IMG/VR virus record: IMGVR_UViG_3300022930_000001
Span: 32,001-96,000 of that record
Length of the DNA stretch: 64,000 nucleotides
Direction: 5' to 3' (one strand)
DNA from: a virus
Below are positions 55,001-64,000 of this stretch, in pieces. The notes beneath the pieces are model-generated. The model made no database searches and was not told where the DNA came from. It saw nothing but the letters and a program-made list of their open reading frames with translations. Every line of letters begins with the position of its first letter. Position 1 is the stretch's first letter. The position numbers and the translations under genes were made by a program.

Positions 55001-56125
55001 ACCTTCTTGTAAACGATTAATATTATCTTTTTTACGTTGATCTGGTAAAAGAGAATTTACTCCCGCAATAATTCCCGCTGTCATATCCGCTGTATTAAAA
55101 TTACCTTTAATTCCAAAGCTTGTAGATCTATTTTGTCGAGGCGTAGTAGTTACAATTGGTTGGGTAGAAGGTGTTGCAACATTGTTATCTATTGGTCTAT
55201 CAGCAGGAGTAGAATAATTATTTGTAGTAGGTGCTTGAAATACAGGTTGCTGAGGTGCAGTTGGTACTGCCTGTGGTATTGGTTTATATGCATTTTGATA
55301 TGGATTTTCAGCATTGTCAAAATTAATATTCTGACCCATTTCAGCTTTCTTATTTTTTCTATTCTTTATCATACCACCATTTTCTTTAATTTCTTTGTAA
55401 CCTCTTAACCAATCTTTTTTAAGAATTTTTCCTTTTTCAATAGGTATTTCGATATCTGCTATCTGACTCCAATCTTTATTTGGGTATCTGTTTCTGAAAT
55501 TAGCCACATCTCTAGGTACTTCTGCAATAAAATCAGGACTGTAATCTTTAGCTAAATTAAATTCAGGTGTCCAATATGTTTTATCAAAAGATTTTTTAAG
55601 ATTTATCCCAGATGTGGGAATTTCGGTATTAGAAGGTTTTGCTCGAAATACTTTAGATTTTAATGCATCTTTCATTCCTTCTTCTCCAATACCTCGATAC
55701 ATACTTCCTTCTGTAGGTTTAAAAGCTATTGAATTTTTAATTCCTTTACCTAATCCTACAATAGCAGAAATATCCATTAACATATCTGCTGCGGCTTCTG
55801 CTTTATTAGCTTTTTTAAAGTACTCCTGAGGTTCTGTAAGATTTATTGCCGCAGTAGCCGGATATGTTGCAAAATTTACAGCAGAACCAACTTCTTGTAA
55901 TACACCAGAAGGAAGATAATGTGTAAAATCTAACTTGTTTCTTAATTTATTTTGTAAAGAAATATCTTGGCCTATTGCAGGTGTATTTTCTTGTTGTGCT
56001 CTAAGTTGGTTTATTTGAATCTGCTCTGGAGTAAAACTATTTAAGTATGCAATATTATCTTGGAGTTTTTGCTCTTGAGATTTTAATTCTTTACCATCTT
56101 TGGCTTTTTTTATTAATTTTTTCAT
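52016..56125 (-). CDS. modular, largely low-complexity virion cargo protein (crAss-like) containing an ART-like cassette
   Basis: 1369 aa. IHIKPENKGKFT...A..S.....R.MANFAKNA..W.H and G.THENGG...EAE.GE motifs typical of crAss-like cargo proteins. Repeated xxGGxI / AxxG linkers. Confidence 0.7.
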   Translation of the reverse strand: MKKLIKKAKDGKELKSQEQKLQDNIAYLNSFTPEQIQINQLRAQQENTPAIGQDISLQNKLRNKLDFTHYLPSGVLQEVGSAVNFATYPATAAINLTEPQEYFKKANKAEAAADMLMDISAIVGLGKGIKNSIAFKPTEGSMYRGIGEEGMKDALKSKVFRAKPSNTEIPTSGINLKKSFDKTYWTPEFNLAKDYSPDFIAEVPRDVANFRNRYPNKDWSQIADIEIPIEKGKILKKDWLRGYKEIKENGGMIKNRKNKKAEMGQNINFDNAENPYQNAYKPIPQAVPTAPQQPVFQAPTTNNYSTPADRPIDNNVATPSTQPIVTTTPRQNRSTSFGIKGNFNTADMTAGIIAGVNSLLPDQRKKDNINRLQEGYNPYPNGDNSQAIFKEGGNIKKNDPIYVDSPNDPRYKAYQDSLLVYPLQIASKEAATKVINAFDDRSKNNSLTQEHYNDITAPLVQKMQDNHLALSNFYRKHSIPTPKASWLHSSFNPDTNNEYYIEPSYPKQPVKVGQHIDPIQLGQNSQNNYQPQYTQVPNLPAFKAPDDWYSNNQNIPIDGTDDQIDSLYNDDGSRKYVNGGHIPYLGLNSQTPVTPEERNQWEKIQSNSYRNGYLGNDHNQSEGNSYLQSQGFNPDRLAMIQQDFQQQDPSRINSSVEGLSPVDNYYGHKTAQQRYKQYEYQHTDRFGNTNTKNYGTDYERAIKENPGNGQWFDTPEWQSNAQGIPMASNSIQEIIPINSPQSIQRNQQANWHTDENTDYSLDSIREAKSGIHIKPENKGKFTAYKKRTGKTTEEALHSKDPHVRQMANFAKNAKHWNHKAEYGTNMLAENGLQVEGDKYKMLSPHTAEILGDTHENGGTNIAFGSTQVEAEKGEPITLDKYGNAVVLGNMYIPTTNTKFKSAGKDIAEQENKISKLQNKATTLLSIKDPSKLNDILSFNSASVMNDAVAQKNKSVFAQKDALIQLQNTMLEAADKMGINPKNISKEFEAKMGMTMKKGKNCFNGGSIEAVRSTSDNIRNMVKAASGYRFDQDAMQTAEPLSNIPYTSIDYAPENYNVTASRINNNNTSNPYLDLKPFAGDNSYLNNAPLQLLNAQPQQTNISSVAIPELPPYKGDMTSSINPINHNKPYSLADKNRLRLSNILPEISLLGQYPDQVVGQQYNPQLLTPYQVSFQDRKNDAQSTFNALNKNLVGNAAATSSLAAQKYNQENSINAEEFRTNQSIQNDVLNKNYSIMNDASKINLQFTADQLDKQARAIAATKGQKYQALASISNKYDQKRAENNNIHLIESMSNYRFNPASGKVEYIGDPYQFVPNSGLGGHNTNNKEVYIRDKDGNIIKQIETDYPDAVDETTKAKARKTSMKRWGGIF

Positions 56126-56128
56126 AAC

Positions 56129-59100
56129 TTATTTGTATGAAGGTATTGTCGGTGATAAAATAAATTTAGATATTAATTTAAAAGTATTATCATCATCTTT
56201 TATATGACGAATTATACAATACTTACCTCGTATCTGATCCTTTTTAAAAGATCGTAAACCATAATCTAAATTATCTATATTTAATTCTTTATTTGTTTCT
56301 GTAAATTCACAAGTATTTAACCAAATATTATTTACAGGATTTTTTAATATATTGTAAAATTGATTATATTGATAAAAAGAATCTGATTTAGTTACAAGTA
56401 TATCTTTAGAATCAAGATTATTGATGGGATATCTATTATAATCACGAAGAGATATATTAGATTTAGGTATTAGATTCAATAAACCTGTACACTGTTGACC
56501 ATTATAAATAATTGCTTTATTAAAATAAATTGTTTCATCTAATTCTGTCCAATTATCTTGATCTTGATATTTAATAACTGTAGTATAATCTTTTATATTT
56601 TGAAGTATTTCATCATTAATTTTATAATGAAAAGGGTATTCAAGAATATATGGATATATTGTTCCATAATAACTACTAAAATTAGTATAATCAATATTAT
56701 GATCCCATAAAGATTCTAAAGTATTTACACCTGATTGAAAATAATTTTCATGAGCAATATAGTAATTAGGTGTAAAAGAATGAAAACTAATCCAACTATT
56801 TGTTTTAAATGAAAAACTAATAGACCATGATTTATTACAAAAATAATTAGGATCATTCACACTTATAATTGTTTTACCTCTATATCCGGGTTTTGCATTA
56901 ATTACTTCTGGAGAAATACATGTTCCTATAGGTAGTTTTTCTTCATTTTGTGGGTTAAAACATACAACATAAGGTGGTGCATCACTAGGTCTTATTTCAT
57001 AACTATCAGGACAACATTGATATGTTGATGAAGGTATAGTAGTTTGTGATTCTGGAATTTCTATAGAATCTATATAAAAATTAGTACCATCATATTTTAT
57101 TGCTTCAGATAATGGTTCATAATCTAATTTTGTTAATATAAGCCTTTTATAAAAATTATCATATACGCCATTTAATCCTATTTGATTAAATGAGTTATCA
57201 ATATTTATATTTGGAAAATAGTTAAGTATTTTAAATGGTAAATTTTCACTAAACCATTTATCCATACCCTTATCAGCAATATCTACAATAGATGTATTTT
57301 GGAGTAAATATACTTGCCCTCTTTTAGCATCTACTGAAATAGTTCCATTTTCAGTTCTTAAAATGAATTTATGCTGTGATCCATAAGAGCCTGTATCTGT
57401 ATTTGATAAATCTAAAGGTATATTTGAAAACATCTTAGTATTACTGAGATATGCGTCCGGGCCTTGAGAAACCTGTACAGTAGTAAATGCATTATATATT
57501 TGAGATTTATTTTCAAAGCGTGCTAAAACTTGATTATTATCTAAAGTATCTAAAGCAGTAAGTTTACCATATGCTTTAGGAAAACTATATTCATTTGCAG
57601 GTCGATAAACTAACCAATTATTTTTAGTTTCTTCTAGTGAAGATTTATCTGACCATATTGCAGAATTTGGAAAATATGTAAAACAAGGTTCATCGGGATT
57701 CCAATCAGGTCTTAATGTACCATATATGTTTTCTTTATTTTGCTTTGAATAGGTTTTATTATAGACATAACTATTATCATAAATGATAGGTACATTAGTT
57801 TCTTGTAACCAATCATCAGGTATATCCGTACTTACTTGTGGATAAAAATCTCCTTCCTTAATGTTAATTGCTTGACGCATATTGACATTAACTTCGGATT
57901 CTACATAAAAATAAGGTATGCCATATGCATATAAATATGCCTGACCTGTTTCATATAAACCATCTCCATTATAACACTCTAAATTAGTTATTTTTATACC
58001 TAAAGATGTTAATAATCCATTTCTTAGTAATGCAACTAAAAGTACTACACCTGTTACAAGAATAGGTATACCACCAAGTAATATATTCAACAACCAATTA
58101 TCTAAGGTATTAATAAAATTAGTTGTTGCGTTATTTATTGCAGTATTGTTAATATTTAATACATTATTAGATGTAGAATAATACCAAATAGGATAACCTA
58201 CATTTCCCTGCTGATCATAATCAATATCATATCCATCAGGTTTATTAACTGTGGATTTTAGAAAAAATGAATGTTTTCTTTTTAGTGCAAAACGATTAAT
58301 AAAAATATCTCCACCAAAAATAGTATCTATTTTAGTAATAGGAAATCCTTTATTATCATTAAATGTATAGTATTTACCAGTATCAATTGGCTCATATGAA
58401 AATATTTGACCCCATTGTGCAGGTAAATATCTTTTTATAGATGCATAGTAGGAAGAAATATCTCTATAAAAATTATTACTAGAATTACAAAATCCTAATT
58501 CACCTGCAGTAACTCTAGAGTTATCATCGGGGGTACTGCCATTTTCAAAAGCATATAATAAGTTCTTATCCCCAGTATTCAAATAAACAGAAGATTCCCT
58601 ATAAGAATTATTTATAGCATGATCATCCCCAAATGTTCCTTGTAAACCTGTTGTTATATAACCACCATTTTCAATAGAACGTATTTTAGAGCCATTGTTG
58701 GCAATAGGATTATAATTACCATAAAAGCCTACACCATTGTATTGCCATCCATAATTAGTATAAGGAATGAGTTTATCTATTATTTCTAATACATTATTAA
58801 ATGTAGGAAAGAAATTTTCAGAATGAAATGAAGGAGCAATACCTACAGTAGAGGTAGCTAAACTACCTGTAGTAAAACTATAACTTCCTTCTAATCCAAC
58901 AATAGATGCAACACCACCGGCTAATGCAATTTCAAGATCTTTTATTGTTCTAAGTTTTTCTCTAGCATTATCTTTAACAGGTACAAAATGTGATTTACAC
59001 TGACCATATTGTGCTGTTTCAAGTTTAAGAAAAGAGCCGTCTATTCCTGATGGATGATAAAAAGAAGTATCTGGTGAATGAAAAGTAAATCGACCTCTTT

Positions 59101-61006
59101 GAAAATCATTTAATCGAGTATTTGTATTTGATCCAGATTTATCATTGACTATTGCAGAACTTATAAATGAATCAGGATTAACATCATTAAAAGGATAATT
59201 AGGATAATAGTATGTACTTGTTTCTTTAGTATATTTACCGCAATTATATAAATATCCTTTTGCAATAACCGCTTTATTATTTACACGATCTCCCCGCATA
59301 ATTCTAAAGCCTACAATATCATCTTTTTGCTGTTGTGTTAAATCTGTAGAAGACTGTATAAGTTGTTTAATTTGTTCAATATCAATTTTAATACCTATCG
59401 GATATATATTATGTTGATAATTATTGTATTGATCAGATCCTACAGGATATGGATTTTCATCATGAATATGGGTAATAAGTGAATCTGGAAATCTATGATG
59501 CCTTATGGGTGTATTTGCTAAAGTACCCCAAATTAAAGAATTATTAGGATATAATTCTGTAGATTCATGATAACCCATCAACCCATACTGATATGGCTGA
59601 GGATTACAGTTATCCAAAGGATTATATGTAGATTCCGTGCCTAATATTGAACCAGTATTATATACTTGCCATCTATAAGGACTTACTGTTGGGCCAGAAC
59701 ATAAACTAGAACTAGTACTAGAAACATCTGGATTTGAATTTGGAATTATTTGAAGATCAAAAGAATTTGCTACTCTACCCGGAATATGAAATCGCTTACT
59801 TGCTTTACCATTTCTATGAAAGAAATCTATTTCAAAAGGATAGACTTCATCACGCATAAATCCTTGTAAATTAGCACAAGTTACTCCATTACTATAATTA
59901 ACAGATGTATTATCGGGAATTTGATAAGTACCCCATAAAAGATTTATTTGATTGGCAATTTTTTGATATGAAATATCATCTTCTTTAATAAGATCTCCCC
60001 ATACAAGTACATTATCTGTTTGAGTTAATGTTCCTGCGAGATCATAATAATTTACTTTTTCAAATATATCTTCTATTGTAAGATTATTATTTGCTTTAGA
60101 AGCTTCAGATCCAGTATAGGTATACTCAAATTGCGGACGTTGTATATAAAATGTTCCTACAAGTTCTACATTAGTAATTGCATTTATTGTTTTTACGACT
60201 GCAAGATTAAAATAATCATATAAACCTGTTGTATCTAAATTATCAATAAGTAAAGAAATCGCCTGATTAGTTACTTCATTAAAATTACTAGAAATTTTAC
60301 CTTCTAAAAATATTCTTACAGGATTAGATACAGAATAAAAAGATGTATAACCATTTCCTAAAACATCAGAATACTGAATTGCAAATTGATAAGTACCTTC
60401 AACGAGATTACCTCCAATATTTTCTTTTAGAGCCTCAATTTTAGGCACAGAAAAGTTTGGCTGTACAAGCATCCTATTTGTATTTATATTGCCTACAATA
60501 GGCGTAAAAACACCTGCAATTAATACTTCTTTCCAAGGAAGATTATTTAGATCTATAAATCGTCTAGGATTAAGTTTATCAGTCCAATATAGTTGTGTAG
60601 AACAGTTTGTTGTTTTAACTTCTATCTTGTGTATTGGATTAGAAATATTAAAATTTAATAAATCACTTCCTGCAAATGTATCATCCAATAAAATATTGTA
60701 TATACATGAATCATTATCCGTATACCCAATTTGCGAAAATGCTGTTATTGGATTAGTTAAAAAATAAACAACTTTATTTAGTTGAGTTATATTTTTAACA
60801 CCTATAACTTTATAATTTTCAGGAAATTGAATACATTCTATATTTGCCTGATCATTACCAATAGTAATTTCATTTCCATCAAAATTGGAAATATTACCGT
60901 TTAATACATAGGTCATTGTTCCTACTGGAAGTTGACCAATAGTTAAATCAGTATTCATACCTGTAACGGCCTGATTTGCATTAAGACTTATTGAGGATTC
61001 TGCCAT
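56129..61006 (-). CDS. tail stabilization / muzzle protein
   Basis: 1625 aa. GMNTD, LYWTD..NP.R..DL, GFMRDEVY.F.I, PIRHHRFP, TFHSPD, FGGD.FINRF, W.SFHSF.P. Located between the ring and cargo genes, as in crAss-like phages. Confidence 0.8.
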   Translation of the reverse strand: MAESSISLNANQAVTGMNTDLTIGQLPVGTMTYVLNGNISNFDGNEITIGNDQANIECIQFPENYKVIGVKNITQLNKVVYFLTNPITAFSQIGYTDNDSCIYNILLDDTFAGSDLLNFNISNPIHKIEVKTTNCSTQLYWTDKLNPRRFIDLNNLPWKEVLIAGVFTPIVGNINTNRMLVQPNFSVPKIEALKENIGGNLVEGTYQFAIQYSDVLGNGYTSFYSVSNPVRIFLEGKISSNFNEVTNQAISLLIDNLDTTGLYDYFNLAVVKTINAITNVELVGTFYIQRPQFEYTYTGSEASKANNNLTIEDIFEKVNYYDLAGTLTQTDNVLVWGDLIKEDDISYQKIANQINLLWGTYQIPDNTSVNYSNGVTCANLQGFMRDEVYPFEIDFFHRNGKASKRFHIPGRVANSFDLQIIPNSNPDVSSTSSSLCSGPTVSPYRWQVYNTGSILGTESTYNPLDNCNPQPYQYGLMGYHESTELYPNNSLIWGTLANTPIRHHRFPDSLITHIHDENPYPVGSDQYNNYQHNIYPIGIKIDIEQIKQLIQSSTDLTQQQKDDIVGFRIMRGDRVNNKAVIAKGYLYNCGKYTKETSTYYYPNYPFNDVNPDSFISSAIVNDKSGSNTNTRLNDFQRGRFTFHSPDTSFYHPSGIDGSFLKLETAQYGQCKSHFVPVKDNAREKLRTIKDLEIALAGGVASIVGLEGSYSFTTGSLATSTVGIAPSFHSENFFPTFNNVLEIIDKLIPYTNYGWQYNGVGFYGNYNPIANNGSKIRSIENGGYITTGLQGTFGDDHAINNSYRESSVYLNTGDKNLLYAFENGSTPDDNSRVTAGELGFCNSSNNFYRDISSYYASIKRYLPAQWGQIFSYEPIDTGKYYTFNDNKGFPITKIDTIFGGDIFINRFALKRKHSFFLKSTVNKPDGYDIDYDQQGNVGYPIWYYSTSNNVLNINNTAINNATTNFINTLDNWLLNILLGGIPILVTGVVLLVALLRNGLLTSLGIKITNLECYNGDGLYETGQAYLYAYGIPYFYVESEVNVNMRQAINIKEGDFYPQVSTDIPDDWLQETNVPIIYDNSYVYNKTYSKQNKENIYGTLRPDWNPDEPCFTYFPNSAIWSDKSSLEETKNNWLVYRPANEYSFPKAYGKLTALDTLDNNQVLARFENKSQIYNAFTTVQVSQGPDAYLSNTKMFSNIPLDLSNTDTGSYGSQHKFILRTENGTISVDAKRGQVYLLQNTSIVDIADKGMDKWFSENLPFKILNYFPNINIDNSFNQIGLNGVYDNFYKRLILTKLDYEPLSEAIKYDGTNFYIDSIEIPESQTTIPSSTYQCCPDSYEIRPSDAPPYVVCFNPQNEEKLPIGTCISPEVINAKPGYRGKTIISVNDPNYFCNKSWSISFSFKTNSWISFHSFTPNYYIAHENYFQSGVNTLESLWDHNIDYTNFSSYYGTIYPYILEYPFHYKINDEILQNIKDYTTVIKYQDQDNWTELDETIYFNKAIIYNGQQCTGLLNLIPKSNISLRDYNRYPINNLDSKDILVTKSDSFYQYNQFYNILKNPVNNIWLNTCEFTETNKELNIDNLDYGLRSFKKDQIRGKYCIIRHIKDDDNTFKLISKFILSPTIPSYK

Positions 61007-61890
61007 TAGTAGTGGTTATAACTTCTATCACCGGGTAAACGATACATATTATTTCTTCTATTTAATACACCAATTTGACGTATTTTTTCTGAGGATGTTT
61101 GTTTCTTTAATTCTGTTTCTGCTATTATTAAAGCTTCTGCTTGTTCCTGTTCTGCTTTTAGCTTTTTACGTTCTACTTGATTATAAGTTTCATCTGTTAT
61201 ACTGTTACATAATTGTCTAAAACAATTATAAATAATATATTTACGAATATAATCCTGAACCCAAAAATTATCAGGAACCATTTGTACTAAACTATCTATT
61301 GTAGAGTCAGCGTAATAAATCAAATGTATTTTTCCCTCAGGATAACTCACAATCATATGTCCATCTTCGACACTAAAAGTATTTGCTGCTTCAGAGTGCA
61401 TATTGGGACATCCATCTCCACAAAATTGTTTAGAGCTATTATTTGCAGGACGTAACAAAAATGTATGCTGAAAACGATACATAATAGTATTTGTTGTTTT
61501 CATTGTTACTAAGAAATCTGTAGTACAAGTTTCAGTATCGAAACATTCATTGCATCTATCAAAGTTTGCTGGAGTTCCTACTCTACAATCTTTTTGCCAA
61601 TAAAGCGAAGTTGGATCTTGATATATTACAGATGGTGTGAAAGTACAAGCCCAAGCTTCTCTTACAGCATTAAAATCACAAGGTAATTCTACCTTATGAT
61701 CTTTTATATCTAAAACAATTTCTTCTATTTTAAATGCAGACTTTCTAAATCTTTTTAAACAATGCTCTGTCCATTTAGGAAACATTACATCATCAATAAT
61801 ACCTGATGAAAAATAAGAACGTAATTCTTCTTTAACTTCAGCATACAATGATTCAGGAGAGACAAATGTTTGTTTATAATATATTGACAT
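61006..61890 (-). CDS. tail ring / tubular-type protein
   Basis: I.DHKVELPCDF..V, G.IHL.Y, PDN....YI..YI. Syntenic with crAss-like ring proteins. Confidence 0.65.
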   Translation of the reverse strand: MSIYYKQTFVSPESLYAEVKEELRSYFSSGIIDDVMFPKWTEHCLKRFRKSAFKIEEIVLDIKDHKVELPCDFNAVREAWACTFTPSVIYQDPTSLYWQKDCRVGTPANFDRCNECFDTETCTTDFLVTMKTTNTIMYRFQHTFLLRPANNSSKQFCGDGCPNMHSEAANTFSVEDGHMIVSYPEGKIHLIYYADSTIDSLVQMVPDNFWVQDYIRKYIIYNCFRQLCNSITDETYNQVERKKLKAEQEQAEALIIAETELKKQTSSEKIRQIGVLNRRNNMYRLPGDRSYNHY

Positions 61891-62381
61891 TATCTTACTT
61901 TAAGTAATTCTTTATAAATATTTTTATATTCACCTTTAGGAAGCTTTAAATTATCTTTAAGTTTACGACTATGTATTCTACACATTTCAAATTTCCAAAT
62001 ATAAGGATATTTAATACGTGCTTTGTGGTAATCCCACATAAAATAATATTTATATCCTTCAGTATGTGCATTTAGATAATAAACATATTTACCTAATTTT
62101 TTAGTCTCTTGCCAATTAATAGATAAATTAGGCATTTCATTTCCTGCAGCAGTTATTTTTGTAGATTTAGGTTTATATTTGTTTATAACTAATGAACCTA
62201 AACCGAATGGTAGTTTAATTATTTCACCTGTTTCAAGTAAATAGTCTCCTATTTTTTTATTATATGTATATATAATTAACTTATAATTATCAAAAGATAA
62301 TTCTATTTTAGGATTCTTTTTACAGAATGCATCATAAGCCTCTTTAGAGGCTGTTCTATAACCCATTTGAGGTCTACTCAT
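61890..62381 (-). CDS. IHF/HU-like basic protein (crAss-like conserved)
   Basis: GE.IKLPFGLGSL.I.K, INWQET, Y.N.HT.GY.Y...W. Confidence 0.7.
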   Translation of the reverse strand: MSRPQMGYRTASKEAYDAFCKKNPKIELSFDNYKLIIYTYNKKIGDYLLETGEIIKLPFGLGSLVINKYKPKSTKITAAGNEMPNLSINWQETKKLGKYVYYLNAHTEGYKYYFMWDYHKARIKYPYIWKFEMCRIHSRKLKDNLKLPKGEYKNIYKELLKVR

Positions 62382-62386
62382 AGTTT

Positions 62387-63067
62387 CTATTTGCTTTCAT
62401 CCATATCGTTATCAGTACGATCAGGAATACTTTGTTTATACGTTTTAAGCATTGTTTCTCTTACAAGAGATAATACATTTGCTTCAAGATAAGAAGGACA
62501 TTTAAATTCCATATCCATTGGATTTGGTTGGCAATCATAATCTACTCCTTGACAAGAAAATAATTCTTTATCTGGTTCTGTTTCAAAAAATGCACTTATT
62601 TTAACAAGCTCTACATTTTCATCTGTAAGATATAAATATCCATTTTGTAACCAGTAAAATTTTAATAAACCTTTTTGCTTTGGATAAAGCTTAAGCATAT
62701 CAGTATATCGTGTAGGATCTGCATAATCAAATTTTGTACTATTTTCTACAGAAAATACACCTTGTATTAAATAACCAAATATATTTTCAGCAATTCTTGG
62801 TAATTTTAATTTAGATTTTGCAATCATACAAGTTGAATTATAAGTACAACAAGTAGATAATGGAACTTGTTCCATTTCTAAGCAATTAATCCAAGTAAAT
62901 ATATTATCAGAAGAAAATAATTTACGTTTATCAGTTTCACGTTTGATAAGCATTAAAGCCGAACTTTTCAGTTCGGCTGCTATTGCTCTATTGCTTATCG
63001 TATCATCAGAGCTTACAAGTTTAAACTGACTTCTAATCTGACTAACTAATTCTCCTAGTAATGCCAT
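62387..63067 (-). CDS. tail ring/neck protein
   Basis: D..IS.R.I, CLEMEQV...CC, KS..KLP, YW..NGYLY, FE.. and a C-terminal D..N. Confidence 0.6.
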   Translation of the reverse strand: MALLGELVSQIRSQFKLVSSDDTISNRAIAAELKSSALMLIKRETDKRKLFSSDNIFTWINCLEMEQVPLSTCCTYNSTCMIAKSKLKLPRIAENIFGYLIQGVFSVENSTKFDYADPTRYTDMLKLYPKQKGLLKFYWLQNGYLYLTDENVELVKISAFFETEPDKELFSCQGVDYDCQPNPMDMEFKCPSYLEANVLSLVRETMLKTYKQSIPDRTDNDMDESK

Positions 63068-63999
63068 TATTTATACATTATATCTGTTAATCCTTCATTT
63101 TCAGTAATAAGGAATGCTGTCATTTTACCTTTACTAAGTGTATATCCATTTTCATCATCCCAATTAGATATTGCTTTAGACGTTTGTGCGAGACGATAAT
63201 AGGTTATTCCACCAATAGTTTTAGAAAGTTCTGTATGTAAATCACCTGCAAATATATAATGATTATCACAAAGAGAAAATTCTTTAAATTCCATAGGAAA
63301 ATTTGTAGCTAATACTTCTGGTTTTTGTTTATACCCATGACTAAAAGCTAATGCCGTATTAGAATATTTAATATACTTTGTAAATTTAGGATCAGTAGTT
63401 ATTGAAATATTTGGTTGATTTCTGTAATAAGCTTGAAGCCATTTTACCAAATTCCATCCTACATATTGATCGTGATTGCCCGGAACATAAAGAATATCTA
63501 CATTAGAAGCTGTAGAAGCTAAAAAGTCAATTATAGTTAATTCATGATTACATATTGCTTCAAAACTTTTATGATAATCTGTAGTATTAGTTTGTGGTGT
63601 GCCATGAGTAGTGAAACCTGTATGTTCACTATTAAAAGCATCACTACCAATTATATAAACAATACGTTCAAGATTAATTGTGCCTATTGTTTTTCTTACA
63701 AAATATTCAATTTTATTCTGAGCATCTTTAAAACGATCTTCTATATTATTATTACCGCGTACATCATATTTATTCCAATGAGCATCTTGGGCGTTAATAA
63801 TAAGACAGGCATTAAGATTTTCTCTACTATAAGATTTCCTCAAATAAGTGTTATCCTTAATTGTGGGTTTGTAAGTTCTAAGAAATTCAGTAAAAGATTC
63901 TTGTATATACTCTGCAGTATCTTTTTTTATTGCTTTAAAACAAGCAGATACTTGAAAACCTTTTGACTTTTGCTTACTCCAATATTGACTTAAAGTATA
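63067..63999 (-). CDS. calcineurin-like metallophosphoesterase, 5'-truncated by the window edge
   Basis: QDAHW, GSDAFN, VPGNHD, SHG, GDLH. The frame stays open upstream of the track start (63843, TTG) to the window end (YTLSQYWSKQKSKGFQVSACF...). Confidence 0.85.
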   Translation of the reverse strand, partial: YTLSQYWSKQKSKGFQVSACFKAIKKDTAEYIQESFTEFLRTYKPTIKDNTYLRKSYSRENLNACLIINAQDAHWNKYDVRGNNNIEDRFKDAQNKIEYFVRKTIGTINLERIVYIIGSDAFNSEHTGFTTHGTPQTNTTDYHKSFEAICNHELTIIDFLASTASNVDILYVPGNHDQYVGWNLVKWLQAYYRNQPNISITTDPKFTKYIKYSNTALAFSHGYKQKPEVLATNFPMEFKEFSLCDNHYIFAGDLHTELSKTIGGITYYRLAQTSKAISNWDDENGYTLSKGKMTAFLITENEGLTDIMYK

Positions 64000-64000
64000 T

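Noticed and set aside
1648-63966. Short overlapping or antisense track ORFs (e.g. 1648-1857, 4495-4785, 15610-15846, 26896-27330, 35148-35576, 45331-45879, 63544-63966)
   Set aside because: They lie within or opposite well-supported genes and have the F/I/L/S-rich composition of shadow frames.
1-64000. Stop-codon reassignment (TAG or TGA), known in some crAss-like phages
   Set aside because: Very long ORFs (up to 3962 aa) are intact in the standard code, and both TAG and TGA end genes. The one premature TAG (8777) is explained by the intron.

Overview
AT-rich, densely coding 64-kb segment of a crAss-like (Crassvirales-type) phage that uses the standard genetic code. The host is very probably a Bacteroidota, because several exact TTTG-N20-TAnnTTTG promoters are present. 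The + strand arm (1-23230) starts with a degenerate UNG-like gene and a phiEco32-like peptide/amide-ligase cluster (gamma-glutamylcyclotransferase, COOH-NH2 ligase, class I and class II glutamine amidotransferases, ATP-grasp, amidoligase). The amidoligase is split by a group I intron (8769-9683) carrying an HNH endonuclease with its own promoter. Next come a degenerate tRNA-like cloverleaf, a GIY-YIG nuclease, PD-(D/E)xK, AP2 and MazG-like genes, class II RNR, dUTPase, a stand-alone ligase Ia domain, RecA, NDT-like and DUF5664-like genes, and ThyX. The - strand arm (23310-64000) is the late/virion region: metallophosphoesterase, ring/tail proteins, muzzle/stabilization protein, four large cargo proteins including a 3962-aa virion RNA polymerase (DFDVD motif), tail-fibre proteins and lysis-type membrane proteins. 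The two arms converge at a bidirectional terminator near 23270. Capsid, portal, terminase and DNA polymerase genes were not recognised in this window. All family assignments come from motif recognition by eye, not from database searches.
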